A DNA stretch of 21,675 nt, taken from NCBI GenBank assembly GCA_038245905.1, contig JBBRRY010000043.1, positions 1-21,675 on the forward strand, given 5' to 3'. Origin of the DNA: Thermoanaerobaculia bacterium (GTDB lineage: Bacteria; Acidobacteriota; Thermoanaerobaculia; UBA5066). The notes under the pieces are model-generated. The model searched no databases, had not been told where the DNA came from, and worked only from the letters and a program-made list of their open reading frames with translations. The translations under genes were made by a program, and so were the position numbers. The stretch's first letter is position 1. Each line of letters opens with the position of its first letter. Shown here in pieces: positions 1-6,921 of the stretch.

Positions 1-351
1 GATCGGGGCGACCCTCCACGGGGTCCGGCCCGAGTCCCGGTGAACCGCCGCGATGACGGCCTCGGTTCCATGCCCGCGCGCGGACGGCGCGAAGGTCCGG
101 ATGAGGAAGACGCACACCGGAAGCGCCAGCGGGAGCAGCCAAGTGGGCGAGAAGCCGGCCGGCGTGTGGCGTTTCACGTACGCGTCCGAAGCGCCGAGGG
201 CCCACAGGAACGCCCGTGTTCCGAAGCCGACGCAGAGGCCGGCCCCCGCTCCGAGCACCGCCCATTTCAGCGTGCTGATGAGAAGAGCCGTGTGCTCCGT
301 GTACCAGCGGTTCTCGTCCGCCAGTGCGGGCGGCGGCTCTTCGACGTCCAC
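1..351 (-). CDS. ClC-family chloride channel/antiporter, N-terminal part (runs off the window)
   Basis: Not in the ORF track. Manual translation from GTG at 351: MDVEEPPPALADENRWYTEHTALLISTLKWAVLGAGAGLCVGFGTRAFLWALG...WLLPLALPVCVFLIRTFAPSARGHGTEAVIAAVHRDSGRTPWRVAPI. Hydrophobic helices precede GHGTEAVIAAVH, which sits at the ClC GSGIP-motif position. Starts just after the pal stop. Confidence 0.85.
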   Translation of the reverse strand, partial: MDVEEPPPALADENRWYTEHTALLISTLKWAVLGAGAGLCVGFGTRAFLWALGASDAYVKRHTPAGFSPTWLLPLALPVCVFLIRTFAPSARGHGTEAVIAAVHRDSGRTPWRVAPI

Positions 352-353
352 CG

Positions 354-908
354 TCAGCGCGCCGTCACCACGAAGTGAGCCCGGCGGTTCTGGGACCACG
401 CCGCTTCGTCGTGCGCCGTGGCGAAGGGACGCTCCTTGCCGTAGGAAATCGTCTTCAGGTGCGAGACGTCCACGCCGAGGCTCGCGAGATACTCGCGCGC
501 GGCGGTCGTGCGGCGGTCGCCGAGCGCCATGTTGTACGCAGCCGTTCCTCGCTCGTCGCAGTGCCCCTCGATCGTCGCTCTGACCGTCGGGTGAGCCTTC
601 AGCCAGGCCCCGTCCCCTGCAAGGGCGTCGCGCTGGGCCGGTTCGATCGCGTACCCGTCGAGGGTGAAAAACACGTCCTTGAGGTATCCGCGGCGGTTGA
701 TCTCGTCCACGGACGACGGAAGGACATCTTCCGCGACGCGTGGAGGCGCGGGTGTGGGCGCGGGTGCGGGCTCGAGCGTCACGACCATGGGTGTGGCAGT
801 CGAGGCGGGCGCCACGGTCTGGGCAGGAGGCGTGGACGAGCAGGCCGCGACGAGAAGGGCGCCGGCGGCGAGCGCGCCGGCAGGGAGGGGACGGAAGCGC
901 AATGACAT
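354..908 (-). CDS. pal: Peptidoglycan-associated lipoprotein (OmpA C-terminal domain)
   Basis: Lipobox LVAAC, Pro/Ala linker, IEGHCDERGTAAYNMALGDRR, ISYGKERP and NRRAHF motifs. ATG at 908 with AAGGAG RBS at 915-920. The ORF-track extension to 1196 overlaps marR and is rejected. Confidence 0.93.
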   Translation of the reverse strand: MSLRFRPLPAGALAAGALLVAACSSTPPAQTVAPASTATPMVVTLEPAPAPTPAPPRVAEDVLPSSVDEINRRGYLKDVFFTLDGYAIEPAQRDALAGDGAWLKAHPTVRATIEGHCDERGTAAYNMALGDRRTTAAREYLASLGVDVSHLKTISYGKERPFATAHDEAAWSQNRRAHFVVTAR

Positions 909-939
909 CGAAAGCTCCTTTTCCGCGGGGAGTTTCCCG

Positions 940-975
940 CTTTTTTGTTTTGAGGTCAAATTAATTTTTGTGAGA
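940..975. promoter_or_regulatory. AT-rich divergent pal/marR control region with short palindromes (possible MarR operator)
   Basis: TTTGA-GG-TCAAA (949-960) and AAATTAATTT (958-967) in an AT-rich patch between divergent genes. Confidence 0.45.
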
Positions 976-1478
976 TGATCGCCGAGATGCGTGCCGGCAC
1001 GAAACCCCTTCAAGGTCTCGGCCGGGTGCTGGACTTCATGCGCCTGATCTGGGCGCTCGACCACGGGCTGCAGTCCCTCTCGAAGAGGATGCAGAGGAAT
1101 CTCGGGCTCACGGGCCCCCAGCGGGTTGCGCTCCGCGTCCTCGGCCGGCGGCCCGGAATCTCGGCAGGGGACCTCGCGTCGATCCTGCGGATCCACCCGA
1201 GCACGCTGACGGGGATCCTGAGCCGCCTCGAGAAGCGCGGCTTAGTGAAGCGGACCCGCGATCCCGAGGACGGGCGTCGGGCCCGCCTCGCCCTGACGCC
1301 CAGGGGGCGCGCCCTCGACATCCCCTCCGCCGGGACGGTCGAAGCCGTTGTCAAACGCGTTCTCTCGGGAGTGCCGGCGCACAGGCTGCGGCCCGCCGCC
1401 GATCTCCTCGCCGCCGTCGCCGCGGCTCTTCTCGAGGAGTCGGCGCCGGAGCGCCGGGGCCCTCGACCCCCTGCCTGA
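975..1478 (+). CDS. MarR-family transcriptional regulator
   Basis: GLTGPQ, wHTH (SAGDLASILRIHPSTLTGILSRLEKRGLV) and wing motif RTRDPEDGRRARLALTPRG. The start could be 975 or 987. Confidence 0.93.
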   Translation: MIAEMRAGTKPLQGLGRVLDFMRLIWALDHGLQSLSKRMQRNLGLTGPQRVALRVLGRRPGISAGDLASILRIHPSTLTGILSRLEKRGLVKRTRDPEDGRRARLALTPRGRALDIPSAGTVEAVVKRVLSGVPAHRLRPAADLLAAVAAALLEESAPERRGPRPPA

Positions 1479-1491
1479 TGCACCGGCACGA

Positions 1492-1535
1492 TTGACGCCG
1501 CAGGGGCACGACCCCATGATCGCTATATGGCGATC
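1492..1535 (+). promoter_or_regulatory. Sigma70-type promoter with overlapping palindromic operator; probably leaderless
   Basis: TTGACG(1492-1497)-N17-CATGAT(1515-1520), with ATG at 1527 and no SD. Near-perfect palindrome GATCGCTATATGGCGATC (1518-1535) covers the -10 end and the start codon. Confidence 0.65.
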
Positions 1536-1889
1536 CATGCGCATCTGTCCCTGACGGATGTCGGCTGCGAAGAAGTCGCACTGCGGTTCCGGGCGCTCTC
1601 CGAGCCGATGCGCCTGAAGATCCTGAGGCGCCTGTTTCGGAGCGAGGCCTCCGTCGGCGAGATCCTCGACGAGGTCGGCGGCACGCAGGCGAACGTGTCG
1701 AAGCACCTCTCGATCCTCTACGCCTCGGCCCTCGTGGACCGCCGCAAGGACGGAACACGGACCGTGTACCGAATCGCGGATCCGACGCTCCTCAAGATCT
1801 GTTCGATCGTCTGCGACGGCGTCGAGCGCCAGGCCCAGGGCAAGGCCGACGCGATCCTCGGGCGCCCGCGCCGGGGCGGCCGCCGCTGA
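1527..1889 (+). CDS. ArsR/SmtB-family regulator (Cys14 plus C-terminal C92xxxC96)
   Basis: FRALSEPMRLKIL, SVGEI...TQANVSKHLSIL and RRKDGTRTVYRIAD motifs. Lacks the alpha3 CxC arsenite site. Confidence 0.92.
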   Translation: MAIHAHLSLTDVGCEEVALRFRALSEPMRLKILRRLFRSEASVGEILDEVGGTQANVSKHLSILYASALVDRRKDGTRTVYRIADPTLLKICSIVCDGVERQAQGKADAILGRPRRGGRR

Positions 1890-1936
1890 GCGCCAGGCCC
1901 TCCGGTTCGCCCCGACTCGTCGACGCGGCTTCCGCC

Positions 1937-3439
1937 GTGCCCCGCGGCTCCATCGTCACGTCTTCGCCCGTCGAGGAAGCCGCGTTCCTCTTCCGTCTCC
2001 AGAGCCGCGTGATCGGATCGGACGCGACGATTCCCGGCCCTTTCGGCGAGAAGCCGCTCCGCTACTTCGACTTCATCGCCTCCGGCCGCTTCCACCGCGA
2101 CGTCGAGGAGGAGTTGAACGAGCGCGTTCTGCCCTTCATGGCGAACACGCACACGGAGAGCAGCTTCACCGGCCACTTCATGACGGAGCGCTACGAGGCG
2201 GCGCTCCGGAAGATCAGCGCCTACGTCGGTGCTTCGGCCGACGATGTCGTGATCCCCGTGGGCTCCGGCTCGACGGGCGCGATCAACCGCTTCATCCACG
2301 TCCTCGGCCTTAGGCTCCCCGACCAGCTGGACGCGCAGTTCGATCTCGCGGGGCGGATCCCGGCCGAGAGCCGGCCCGTCGTCTTCCGGTCGCTCATGGA
2401 GCACCACTCGAACGACATCGCGTGGCGCGAGACGATCGGCGACTCCGTCTACGTGGAGTTCGACGCGAACGGACGCATCAGCCTCGACGACCTCGACCGC
2501 AAGCTCGCGACCCACGCGCACCGGCCGTGGAAGATCGGCACGTTCAGCGCGGCCTCGAACGTGACGGGAATCCTCAACGACGTTCACGGCCTCGCGCGCG
2601 TCCTCCACCGCCACGGCGCGCTCGCGTTCTTCGACTTCGCGGCCGCCGGCCCGTACGTCGACATCGACATGCACCCAGCGGGCGATCCCGCGGCCGCCCT
2701 CGACGCTGTGTTCTTCTCGGTCCACAAGTTCCTTGGCGGCCCGCGCTCGCCGGGGCTCCTCGTCGCGCACCGGCGTCTCTTCACGAATCGCGTGCCGGCC
2801 GAACCGGGTGGCGGGACCGTCCTCTACACGTCCCCGTGGGACCACCGCTACCTCGGCGCGATCGAGTCGCGCGAGACGGGCGGGACGCCGCCGATCGTCC
2901 AGACGATCCAGGCTGGCCTCGCGTTCGACCTGAAGGCGGCCGTCGGGGCCGCCCGGACCCGGCGCGTCGAACAGGACTACCTCTCCCGTGCGATCCGCGC
3001 CTGGCGCGGGCGCGACGACCTCTTCGTCCTCGGCAACCTCGAGGCGCCGCGCCTCGGCGTCCTCTCGGTGATCTTCCCCCGCGTTCACCACAACCTCGCG
3101 GCGCTCCTCCTGAACGACCACTTCGGGATCCAGGTGCGCGCGGGCTGCATGTGCGCGGGGCCCTACGGCCATCTCCTCCTCCACATCGACGAGGGGCGCT
3201 CGAAGGCCATTCGCCACCGGCTTGACGAGGGCCACCTCGGCGAGAAGCCGGGCTGGGTGCGGATCAGCCTGTCTCCGACCGTGAGTGAAAACGAATTCCA
3301 GGCTCTTCTCGAGGGCGTCGACCACGTCGCGCGCCGTGGCCGGGAGCTCGCGGAGAACTACGAGCAGCGCGACGAAACGGGCGAGTGGGCGCGGCGAGGG
3401 CCGGTGCCCACGGCGTCGCACGAAAGGGAGACGACATGA
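1937..3439 (+). CDS. Class V PLP-dependent enzyme, cysteine desulfurase/selenocysteine lyase-like
   Basis: YFDFIASG, ANTH, MEHHSN, AASNVTG, DFAAAGPY, PLP-lysine motif FSVHKFLGGP, ETGGTP and catalytic-loop RAGCMCAGPY. Confidence 0.88.
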   Translation: MPRGSIVTSSPVEEAAFLFRLQSRVIGSDATIPGPFGEKPLRYFDFIASGRFHRDVEEELNERVLPFMANTHTESSFTGHFMTERYEAALRKISAYVGASADDVVIPVGSGSTGAINRFIHVLGLRLPDQLDAQFDLAGRIPAESRPVVFRSLMEHHSNDIAWRETIGDSVYVEFDANGRISLDDLDRKLATHAHRPWKIGTFSAASNVTGILNDVHGLARVLHRHGALAFFDFAAAGPYVDIDMHPAGDPAAALDAVFFSVHKFLGGPRSPGLLVAHRRLFTNRVPAEPGGGTVLYTSPWDHRYLGAIESRETGGTPPIVQTIQAGLAFDLKAAVGAARTRRVEQDYLSRAIRAWRGRDDLFVLGNLEAPRLGVLSVIFPRVHHNLAALLLNDHFGIQVRAGCMCAGPYGHLLLHIDEGRSKAIRHRLDEGHLGEKPGWVRISLSPTVSENEFQALLEGVDHVARRGRELAENYEQRDETGEWARRGPVPTASHERETT

Positions 3440-4662
3440 CAGACATCCGCAAGATGCACCCAGCCACCCGGATCATCCACGCAGGGCAGCATTCGGATCC
3501 CGCGACGGGCGCCGTCTCGACGCCGATCTATCAGACCTCGACGTTCGCCTTCCGAAACGCCGACGAGGGTGCCGCCCGCTTTCAGGGGCGCGACGCCGGC
3601 TACAAGTACACCCGGCTCGGCAACCCCACAGTCGCCGCGCTCGAGGAGTGCCTCGCGATCCTCGAGGGCGGCTGCGGTGCGCTCGGGGCCGCCACGGGGA
3701 TGGCCGCGATCAACACGGTCTACGTCACGTTCCTCGAGCAGGGCGCCCACGTCGTCGGGACCGACTCCGTCTATGGCCCGTCCCGCCTCGTTCTCGAGAA
3801 CGAGTACCGGCGCTTCGGCGTCGCTTCGACGTGGGTCGACTCCTCGAAGCTGGAGAACGTGGCCGCCGCGATGAGGCCCACGACGAGGATGGTCTACATC
3901 GAGACGCCCGCGAACCCGACGATGAAGCTGACGGACATCGCGGCGTGCGCCGACATCGCGCACTCCCACGGCGCGCTCCTTGTCGTCGACAACACGTTCG
4001 CCTCGCCCGTCCTCCAGCATCCGCTGGCGCTCGGGGCCGACGTCGTCGTCCACAGCCTCACGAAGTACATCAACGGGCACACGGACGTCGTGGGCGGCGC
4101 GATCGTCGCGGGTGCGCCCGCACTCCTCGACCGGCTCCGGAAGGTTCATGTCGCCTTCGGCGGCACGATGGACCCGCACCAGGCGTGGCTCGTGCTGCGC
4201 GGCGTGAAGACCCTCGGGCTCCGCATGGAGCGCGCCCAGGCGAACTCGCTCGAGATCGCCCGATACCTGGAGACGCATCCCGGCATCGCGTGGGTCCTCC
4301 ACCCGGGCCTCCCGAGCCACCCGCAGCACGCGCTGATGCTCCGCCAGATGTCGGGGCCGGGTGCCGTCTTCTCGTTCGGTGTGAAGGGCGGCCTCGAAGC
4401 CGGCAAGGCGCTCATCGACTCCGTGAGGCTCGCGACGCTCGCCGTGAGCCTCGGCGGCGTTGAGACGCTCATCGAGCACCCGGCGTCCATGACGCACACG
4501 GGGATGCCGAAGAAAGAGCGCGAGGCCGCCGGGATCTCCGACGACCTCGTGCGTCTCTCCGTCGGCTGCGAGGACGTGCGCGACCTGATCGCCGACCTTT
4601 CGCAGGCGCTCGAGGTCGCTGCGCAGGCGGCGCCCGTCGACGCTACGGCCTTACAGGCCTGA
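3436..4662 (+). CDS. Trans-sulfuration PLP enzyme (methionine gamma-lyase / cystathionine gamma-lyase family)
   Basis: PIYQTSTF, YTRLGNPT, ETPANPT, VDNTF, HSLTKYINGHTD and AVSLGGVETLIEHPASMTH motifs. ATG at 3436 overlaps the upstream stop (ATGA), with GGGAG RBS. Confidence 0.92.
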   Translation: MTDIRKMHPATRIIHAGQHSDPATGAVSTPIYQTSTFAFRNADEGAARFQGRDAGYKYTRLGNPTVAALEECLAILEGGCGALGAATGMAAINTVYVTFLEQGAHVVGTDSVYGPSRLVLENEYRRFGVASTWVDSSKLENVAAAMRPTTRMVYIETPANPTMKLTDIAACADIAHSHGALLVVDNTFASPVLQHPLALGADVVVHSLTKYINGHTDVVGGAIVAGAPALLDRLRKVHVAFGGTMDPHQAWLVLRGVKTLGLRMERAQANSLEIARYLETHPGIAWVLHPGLPSHPQHALMLRQMSGPGAVFSFGVKGGLEAGKALIDSVRLATLAVSLGGVETLIEHPASMTHTGMPKKEREAAGISDDLVRLSVGCEDVRDLIADLSQALEVAAQAAPVDATALQA

Positions 4663-4713
4663 GCCCCGAGGACCAGGCGCGAAGAACTCGCGGTCCGTTT
4701 GTCAGAGTCCTCG

Positions 4714-5077
4714 TCACCAGGGCGTGCCGTAAAGCCCCTTCGTGAGGATCCACGCCGAGAGCCCCACCAGCAGACCCCCGCTCGCCACCCGAACGACCAT
4801 GGGACGTGCGCGCAGGAAGGCGGTCCTCTCCCGGAAGGCCTGAGAGGCGTATCCGGCGGCAAGCATCGGGAGCGCGAAACCGACGCTGTAGAAGCCCAGC
4901 AGGGCCACGCCCTCGCCCAGCCGGGCCCTCGCCGCGACCATGCCGAGGACCGCGCTGAGGAACGGTGCGACACACGGGATCCACACGAGCCCGAGCGACG
5001 CGCCGAGGACGGAGCCTGTGCTCTCCCGGCTGCCCCGCCATCACGATCGGCAGGACGGGGAGCGTCTCCACGAGCAA
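4714..5077 (-). pseudogene. ccdA: CcdA/DsbD-type cytochrome c biogenesis membrane protein remnant
   Basis: The N-terminal piece LPVLPIVMAGQPGEHRLRP (the segment that normally follows SPC) lies in one frame. The C-terminal piece VLGASLGLVWIPCVAPFLSAVL...YSVGFALPML lies in another. The middle helices and first Cys are missing. Confidence 0.7.
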
Positions 5078-5084
5078 CCCGGGG

Positions 5085-5240
5085 TCAGCGGCCCGGCTTG
5101 CCGGGGATGCCCGACGGGACGGCGTCGACGGGCTGGATGCCGGGGGAATACCGTGTGATTTCCTTGCCGTCGGGGCCGACGAGAATCAGGTTGGGGAGGG
5201 AACGGACGCCTTACGTGTAGAACGCCTCCCGGTCAGCCGC
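5085..5240 (-). pseudogene. Thioredoxin-fold C-terminal remnant
   Basis: Reads ADREAFYT*GVRSLPNLILVGPDGKEITRYSPG..., resembling the YGVRSLPTL..DGKEI.R cis-Pro region. TAA at 5211-5213 sits where Tyr is expected, and there is no CxxC or start. Confidence 0.6.
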
Positions 5241-5281
5241 TCTCGCTCCTTGCCGGAGGTGAATTCCTTGTTGACCGCCGC

Positions 5282-5443
5282 TCAGCGGGAGCCGCGGCCG
5301 AAGGGGCTCTCGACGAGGGATTTCGGCGGCGGGCACGTGCAGCGCTTCTCGCGAGGAACGCCCGCAAGGGCTTCCTCGACGTGCCGACCGCACCCGGACC
5401 ACGTCGGCTTTCCGCACTGCGGACACGTCACGCGATGGCACAT
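5282..5443 (-). CDS. 53-aa Cys-rich miniprotein (putative metal/sulfur-binding)
   Basis: Below the ORF-track cutoff. MCHRVTCPQCGKPTWSGCGRHVEEALAGVPREKRCTCPPPKSLVESPFGRGSR has 6 Cys and 2 His, and lies downstream of a TATAAT -10 element. Confidence 0.8.
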   Translation of the reverse strand: MCHRVTCPQCGKPTWSGCGRHVEEALAGVPREKRCTCPPPKSLVESPFGRGSR

Positions 5444-5472
5444 GGCGCTCGATCTCTGCTCACCACGTCGGG

Positions 5473-5521
5473 TTGACCATTCATCGCTTAATGATTATAT
5501 TGGAATCTATGAGAGATGCAA
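5473..5521. promoter_or_regulatory. Overlapping divergent sigma70 promoters
   Basis: Plus strand: TTGACC(5473-5478)-N17-TATATT(5496-5501). Minus strand: TTGCAT(5521-5516)-N16-TATAAT(5499-5494). AT-rich patch in a GC-rich background. Confidence 0.7.
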
Positions 5522-5549
5522 GTCACGGGCACGGGCCCGGGAACCCGAA

Positions 5550-5732
5550 ATGAGCTCCGACGCCGCGTGGATGTGGGGCGCCCTTCTCGCCTGGATCCTC
5601 CTCCAGAAGTTCATCTTCCCCCGCCTCGACGTCCCGACGTGAGGGACGCGCGGTCCCGCCGGTGGCGGGACGAGCTGCTCGAGGCCGCCCCGTGCGAAAC
5701 AGCCGGAGGCGGAGAAGGACACCGACGCGTGA
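5550..5732 (+). CDS. Small single-TM protein, candidate selenoprotein (UGA31 read as Sec); 30 aa (5550-5642) if UGA is a stop
   Basis: MSSDAAWMWGALLAWILLQKFIFPRLDVPT-U-GTRGPAGGGTSCSRPPRAKQPEAEKDTDA*. A SECIS-like hairpin follows the UGA, and the final TGA (5730-5732) overlaps the GTG of the next gene. Confidence 0.6.
5653..5671 (+). promoter_or_regulatory. Candidate bacterial SECIS element
   Basis: Perfect 8-bp stem GTCCCGCC/GGCGGGAC with GGT apical loop. There are 10 nt from the UGA to the stem and 18 nt to the loop. No U-tract follows. Confidence 0.6.
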
Positions 5733-6871
5733 CCTTGCCCCCTCACGAGATCGACCGCCGGTTGGATGCCTTCCGCAAGCGGCGCGAGGCATTCGCCTCT
5801 CTCGGGCACGACTCGGGCCGCGCCGCCGCGCTCGTCCTCGACGCCGCCGGGCCATTCGAGGGCCCGGTCCTCGACGTCGGCTCCGGCATGGGCGTCATGG
5901 CCCGCGAGCTCGCGCGCCGCGGCCTCTTCGTCGAGAGCGTGGACGTGAACGCCGAGGACCAGGAAGTCGCCGCCGCGCTCACCGCGGGAACGGGCCTCGA
6001 AGCGCGGATACGCTTCACGCCCGCCGACGGCTCCGCCCTTCCCTTCCCCGACGGCACGTTTCCCTCAGTCATCTCGCACAACGTCCTCCACCACCTCGCG
6101 AACGGCGCCTCCGTCCTCCGAGAGTTCGTCCGCGTCCTCAGGCCCGGCGGCGCGCTGGTCCTCGCGGACTTCTCGCCCGAGGGCTTCGCCTTCGCGGCCC
6201 GCGTCCACGCCGCAGAGGGCGGCACGCACCCCGAAGGGCCGGTCACGCTCGACTGGGCCCGCGGCTTCCTCTCGGCCGCCGGGCTCCCGGAGACGGCCGT
6301 CGCCGAGGTTCATCACGAGCGGTTCGCGGCCTTCCGGAGACCCGCGACCGTGCACGCTCCGGTGCCGCCCGCCTTCGAGGCCCTCGACCGCGCGGGACTC
6401 TTCACGGCGCTCGACACGTTCGCGAAGAACTGGCTCGCCCACGACGGAAGCTGGTTCCTTGCGGCCGAGGAACGGTTCGGAATGGACACGGCCATGGAGC
6501 TCGACGCCGCGGCATGGCGCCGCTTCGCGGCCGCCGAGGCACGGCGGATCATGGAGGCTTACGCGATCCCGAAGGACGGCGGCCTCGACGCGCTCGCGCG
6601 GGCGCTCGCCTTCCGCGCCTACAGCTTCGTGAACCCGAGCCGGATCGAGAGGGACGGCGACGTCCTGCGCTTCTTCATGACGTCCTGCCGCGTGCAGGAG
6701 ACCCGCCGCCGCAAGGGCCTCCCGGACTTCCCGTGCAAGCCCGTCGGCCAGGTCGAGTTCGAGACGTTCGCGCGCACGGTCGACCCGCGCATCACGGCGC
6801 GTTGCCTCCACTGCCCGCCGGACCTGGACGCGCAGGGCCACTGCGGATGGGAGTTCCGTCTCATCGGGTGA
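5729..6871 (+). CDS. Class I SAM-dependent methyltransferase fused to a C-terminal DUF6125-like Cys-containing domain
   Basis: N-terminal domain: VLDVGSGMG, VDVN, DGSALPFPDGTF, NVLHH, RVLRPGG. C-terminal domain: AKNWLAHDGSWF...CRVQETRRRKGLPDFPCKPVG...CLHCPPD...CGWEF. GTG at 5729 has GGAGAAGGA upstream. The DUF name is from recall. Confidence 0.85.
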   Translation: MTLPPHEIDRRLDAFRKRREAFASLGHDSGRAAALVLDAAGPFEGPVLDVGSGMGVMARELARRGLFVESVDVNAEDQEVAAALTAGTGLEARIRFTPADGSALPFPDGTFPSVISHNVLHHLANGASVLREFVRVLRPGGALVLADFSPEGFAFAARVHAAEGGTHPEGPVTLDWARGFLSAAGLPETAVAEVHHERFAAFRRPATVHAPVPPAFEALDRAGLFTALDTFAKNWLAHDGSWFLAAEERFGMDTAMELDAAAWRRFAAAEARRIMEAYAIPKDGGLDALARALAFRAYSFVNPSRIERDGDVLRFFMTSCRVQETRRRKGLPDFPCKPVGQVEFETFARTVDPRITARCLHCPPDLDAQGHCGWEFRLIG

Positions 6872-6921
6872 CGGCAGCCACGGCCTGAATTCCAGGCTCC
6901 GCAGCGCTCGTCTGTTCCAGG

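Noticed and set aside
4643-5220. ORFs 4643-5077 (-) and 4699-5220 (+) as intact genes
   Set aside because: Only the first ~23 residues of the minus ORF look protein-like (ccdA fragment). The rest is out-of-frame or antisense pseudogene sequence.
5653-5671. Hairpin read as an intrinsic terminator
   Set aside because: No U-tract on either side, and it would cut off the downstream methyltransferase from the only visible promoter.
5516-5728. ORF-track N-terminal extension of the methyltransferase (451 aa)
   Set aside because: Arg/Pro-rich non-domain sequence overlapping the small TM ORF. GTG at 5729 has an SD and a coupling overlap.
6883-6897. GCCTG-AATTC-CAGGC hairpin between the convergent methyltransferase and chrA genes
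   Set aside because: Only a 5-bp stem with no U-tract, too weak to call a terminator.
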